Virus record (IMG/VR): IMGVR_UViG_3300009168_000013
Coordinates: 1 to 56,124 of that record
DNA length: 56,124 nucleotides
Reading direction: 5' to 3' (one strand)
Source of the DNA: a virus
Lineage: Duplodnaviria > Caudoviricetes
The translations under genes were made by a program, and so were the position numbers. Shown here piece after piece: positions 53,499 to 56,124 of this stretch. Under the pieces are notes generated by a model, which did not search any database, had not been told where the DNA came from, and saw only the letters and a list, made by a program, of their open reading frames with translations. How positions within the stretch are numbered: the first letter of the stretch is position 1; each line of letters starts with the position of its first letter.

Positions 53499-55279
53499 TG
53501 GCCGCCGGGGATCGCCGCCGCCCTCGTGGCGTCAACTCAGCCCTGACGGCCTCGGCCCAGATCGTCAGCGGGATGCGCCTGCCCTCCTCGTTCCTGGCGG
53601 AGGACTGGCAGGCGGAGGCCTGGGCCTTCTACGACTCGATGGGCGAACTGCGCTTCGCCTCGAACTGGATGGGCAACGCCTGCTCTCGCGCACTCCTCGT
53701 CCCCTCGCTGATCCCCGCCACCCCGGGCGACGACCCCGAGCCCGACGAATCCGCCATCGGCCAGCAAGCCCTCGCCATGCTGGGCGGCGGGGCCGCCGGG
53801 CAGGCCCAGGTGCTCCTCGACATCGCCATCCACCTGTTCGTGGCTGGCGCCTCGTACCTCGTCGGCGAGCCCGCCGAGGACGACCCGGAGGGGGAGGGGC
53901 CTCTCGTCTCGTGGAACGTCTACAGCACCGACGACATCGCCTCGGCCGGGGCTGACGCCTTCCGGGTGCGGGACGAGTCGACGCCGGGCGGCTACCGGGG
54001 CCTCTCCCCGGCCGCTCTCGTCGTCCGCATCTGGCGGCCCCATCCCCGCTGGCGCTGGCAGGCCGACGCCCCGACCCGGGCTGCTCTGCCCGCCCTGCGC
54101 GAGGTGGCGCTCCTTTCGGGCCGGGTGCGGGCCGAGGCTCTCTCCCGGCTCGCCGGGGCTGGCGTGTTCGTCGTCCCCTCCGAGGCTTCCCTGCCCCCGG
54201 CCCGGGACCCGGTCACCGGGGCCGAGGTGCACCGGGACCTCCTCGACGTGCTGGTCGAGTCGATGACCGTGCCCATCGGCGACCCGGAGTCGGCCTCCGC
54301 CGTCGTGCCGCTGCTGCTGCGCGTACCCGGGGCTCTGGCCGAGGCCGTCCGCCACGTCTCGTTCGCCACGCCCTTCGACGAGCGCATCATCGAACTGCGG
54401 GACTCGGCGATCCGTCGCGTAGCCACGGCGCTCGACATGCCCGCCGAGGTGCTCCTCGGCCTGGGCGAGTCGAACCACTGGTCGGCGTGGCAGATCGAGG
54501 AGGCCGCCGTCACGATCCATGTGGAGCCCACCCTCGACCTCATGTGCTACGGGCTCACGGTCGGCTTCTACCGCCCGGTGCTCGAAGCCCTCGGCCTGGC
54601 CGACGTCGAGGGCCGGATGCTCTGGTACGACTCCTCGGCGCTGCGCCTCCGGCCCGACCGCTCCGAGGACGCCGTCTCCGCCTACGACCGGCTCCTCATC
54701 GGCACCGAAGCGACCCGGCGGGAGGTCGGCTTCGACGAGACGGACGCCCCCGAGCAGGCCGAGTTCCTGCGGATGCTCGGCGTCAAGTTGGCCCTCCTCG
54801 ACCCGGCCAACGCTCCCTCGTACCTCCGCATGGGCGGCATCGACGTCGGCCCCATCGCTGTCGCCCCCGCCCCGGCTGCGCCTCCGGCGCTCCCGGCCGC
54901 CCCGGAGGCTCCGGCCCCTCCCGGTCCTCCGGCTGGCGGCCCTGCCCAACCGGCGCCTGCGCCGCTGCCCGCCGGGGAGGCCGCTGTCGAGGCCGGGCTG
55001 GTCGCCGCCTGCGACGCCCTCGTGCTCCGGGCTCTGGAGCGGGCTGAGGCTCGGTCGCGCACGCTGGAGAAGGCGGGACGGGCCTGCTCCCTCGACGACC
55101 TCCTGCACTCGGCGTGGGACCGGGTGCCGGAGGTCGCTCTCCGGTACGGCTGCGACCCGGCGCCGCTGCTCACCGCCCTCGACGCCTACACCCGGGGCCT
55201 GCTCATCTACGACAAGCCCTACGCCTACGCCGACCTGGCCCTGGCCCTGGGGGCCTACGTCGATGCCCTCCCGGGCTGA
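53498..55279 (+). CDS. Portal protein
   Basis: WQ.EAW..YD..GEL, RIWRPHP, SRLAGAG, LD.P.E.LLG...NHWSAW and WYD.S.L..RP motifs. Confidence 0.9.
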   Translation: MAAGDRRRPRGVNSALTASAQIVSGMRLPSSFLAEDWQAEAWAFYDSMGELRFASNWMGNACSRALLVPSLIPATPGDDPEPDESAIGQQALAMLGGGAAGQAQVLLDIAIHLFVAGASYLVGEPAEDDPEGEGPLVSWNVYSTDDIASAGADAFRVRDESTPGGYRGLSPAALVVRIWRPHPRWRWQADAPTRAALPALREVALLSGRVRAEALSRLAGAGVFVVPSEASLPPARDPVTGAEVHRDLLDVLVESMTVPIGDPESASAVVPLLLRVPGALAEAVRHVSFATPFDERIIELRDSAIRRVATALDMPAEVLLGLGESNHWSAWQIEEAAVTIHVEPTLDLMCYGLTVGFYRPVLEALGLADVEGRMLWYDSSALRLRPDRSEDAVSAYDRLLIGTEATRREVGFDETDAPEQAEFLRMLGVKLALLDPANAPSYLRMGGIDVGPIAVAPAPAAPPALPAAPEAPAPPGPPAGGPAQPAPAPLPAGEAAVEAGLVAACDALVLRALERAEARSRTLEKAGRACSLDDLLHSAWDRVPEVALRYGCDPAPLLTALDAYTRGLLIYDKPYAYADLALALGAYVDALPG

Positions 55280-56124
55280 GTTCGTCGACGAGTACGAGGC
55301 CGCCCTCGACGCCTTCACCTCCGAGTTCCTCGCCGTGTTCATGCGGGGCATGCGGAAGGTGCTGGCGCCCGCTGTCGTCTCCGCCGCCACCCAGACGTTC
55401 GTGGCCTCCGCCGTGGAGGAGCCCTGGGAGGAGTTCGTCTCCGCCAACCTCAACCCGCTCCTCGTCGCCGACTACGGGGCGGCGGGGCTCTCGGCCTGGG
55501 TCGGCCGGGGCCAGGACCTCGCCTACGCGCAGGCCGACCATGCCGCCGGTGCCCTCGTCCGCACGCACGCCTCCTCCGCTGTCCGCCACGCCGCCGCCGC
55601 CCAGAACCGGATGGTGCGCTTCTCCGACTCCCTCTGGCTCCACGCCCGGGGCCAGATCGCCGAGGGCATCGCCTCCGGCAAGACCATCGAGGAGATGAAG
55701 AACGTCCTGTGGAGGGACTTCGGCCCGGCTGGCGTCTACGAGCAGCGGGCCGAGGTCGTCGCCCGCACCGAGGTTCACGCCGCCGTCAACGCTGGCCACG
55801 AGGAGGGGATGGCGCTCCTCGGCGCCCACGGCCCCAAGTTCAAGGAGTGGCTCTCCACCTCCGACGGCCGCACCCGCCCGACGCACGCCGCCGCTGACGG
55901 TCAGGCCGTCCCCCGGGACTCGCACTTCGTCGTCGGCGGGGCTCGCCTCCGCTTCCCCGGCGACCCGTCCGGCCCGGCGGAGGAGGTCATCCAGTGCCGC
56001 TGCGTCGTGCTCTACGTGGACGACCCGGGTGAGACGCCCCGGGACAACCAGGGCTACCCGCTCGCGCAGGCTGCTCCGGCGCCGACCGCCACGCCGCCTC
56101 CCCCGGCCCAGCCTCGCCACGCCC
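55263..56124 (+). CDS. MuF-like (SPP1 gp7-type) minor head protein, N-terminal part; continues through the join to 1004 (580 aa total)
   Basis: ATG 55263 overlaps the portal end; MuF motifs ARTEVH, KEWLSTSDGRTRPTH, FPGDP, IQCRC. Confidence 0.88.
   Translation, partial: MPSRAEFVDEYEAALDAFTSEFLAVFMRGMRKVLAPAVVSAATQTFVASAVEEPWEEFVSANLNPLLVADYGAAGLSAWVGRGQDLAYAQADHAAGALVRTHASSAVRHAAAAQNRMVRFSDSLWLHARGQIAEGIASGKTIEEMKNVLWRDFGPAGVYEQRAEVVARTEVHAAVNAGHEEGMALLGAHGPKFKEWLSTSDGRTRPTHAAADGQAVPRDSHFVVGGARLRFPGDPSGPAEEVIQCRCVVLYVDDPGETPRDNQGYPLAQAAPAPTATPPPPAQPRHA
56002..56124. repeat. Terminal overlap identical to 1-123
   Basis: Exact duplicate of the window start. Confidence 0.97.

Noticed and set aside
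56002-56124. 123-bp terminal repeat as a biological direct terminal repeat
   Set aside because: It falls inside the MuF coding sequence and looks like an assembler overlap of a circularly permuted genome.

Overview
Apparently complete, circularly permuted, very GC-rich (roughly 73-75% by eye) tailed actinobacteriophage genome of 56,001 bp. Bases 56002-56124 duplicate 1-123 (assembly overlap), and the MuF gene runs across the join. Nearly all genes are on the + strand. The virion module resembles cluster-B-type actinophages: portal, MuF, protease/scaffold, separate hexamer and pentamer capsid proteins, major tail, frameshifted chaperone, tape measure, and two fibres with S74 chaperones. I recognised no integrase, DNA polymerase, primase or helicase. 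Main points: (1) A predicted post-replicative thymine-hypermodification pathway (ParB-like, TET/JBP dioxygenase, ParB-like, P-loop kinase, amino acid:DNA transferase, plus a detached PLP enzyme). (2) A genome-wide word pattern: CGCG is strongly depleted and survives almost only as TGCGCG/CGCGCA, TGCGCGCA is highly iterated, and AGCT, CTGCAG and CCATGG look purged. (3) Eight copies of an ~80-bp promoter element (GYCGTTCGGC box, TTG-type -35, 17 bp, TAGTCT -10, mostly leaderless ATG) heading accessory cassettes, some inserted into structural regions. (4) A MuF head protein with a C-terminal GNAT-like domain and a small partner gene. (5) An HNH gene that has captured the lysin start, leaving an apparent ATT start. 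(6) A dispersed 23-bp motif, a free-standing secreted Rpf, an LPETG surface protein and an amidoligase/GATase/GGCT set. All family calls come from motif recognition by eye, not database searches, and all counts are manual.
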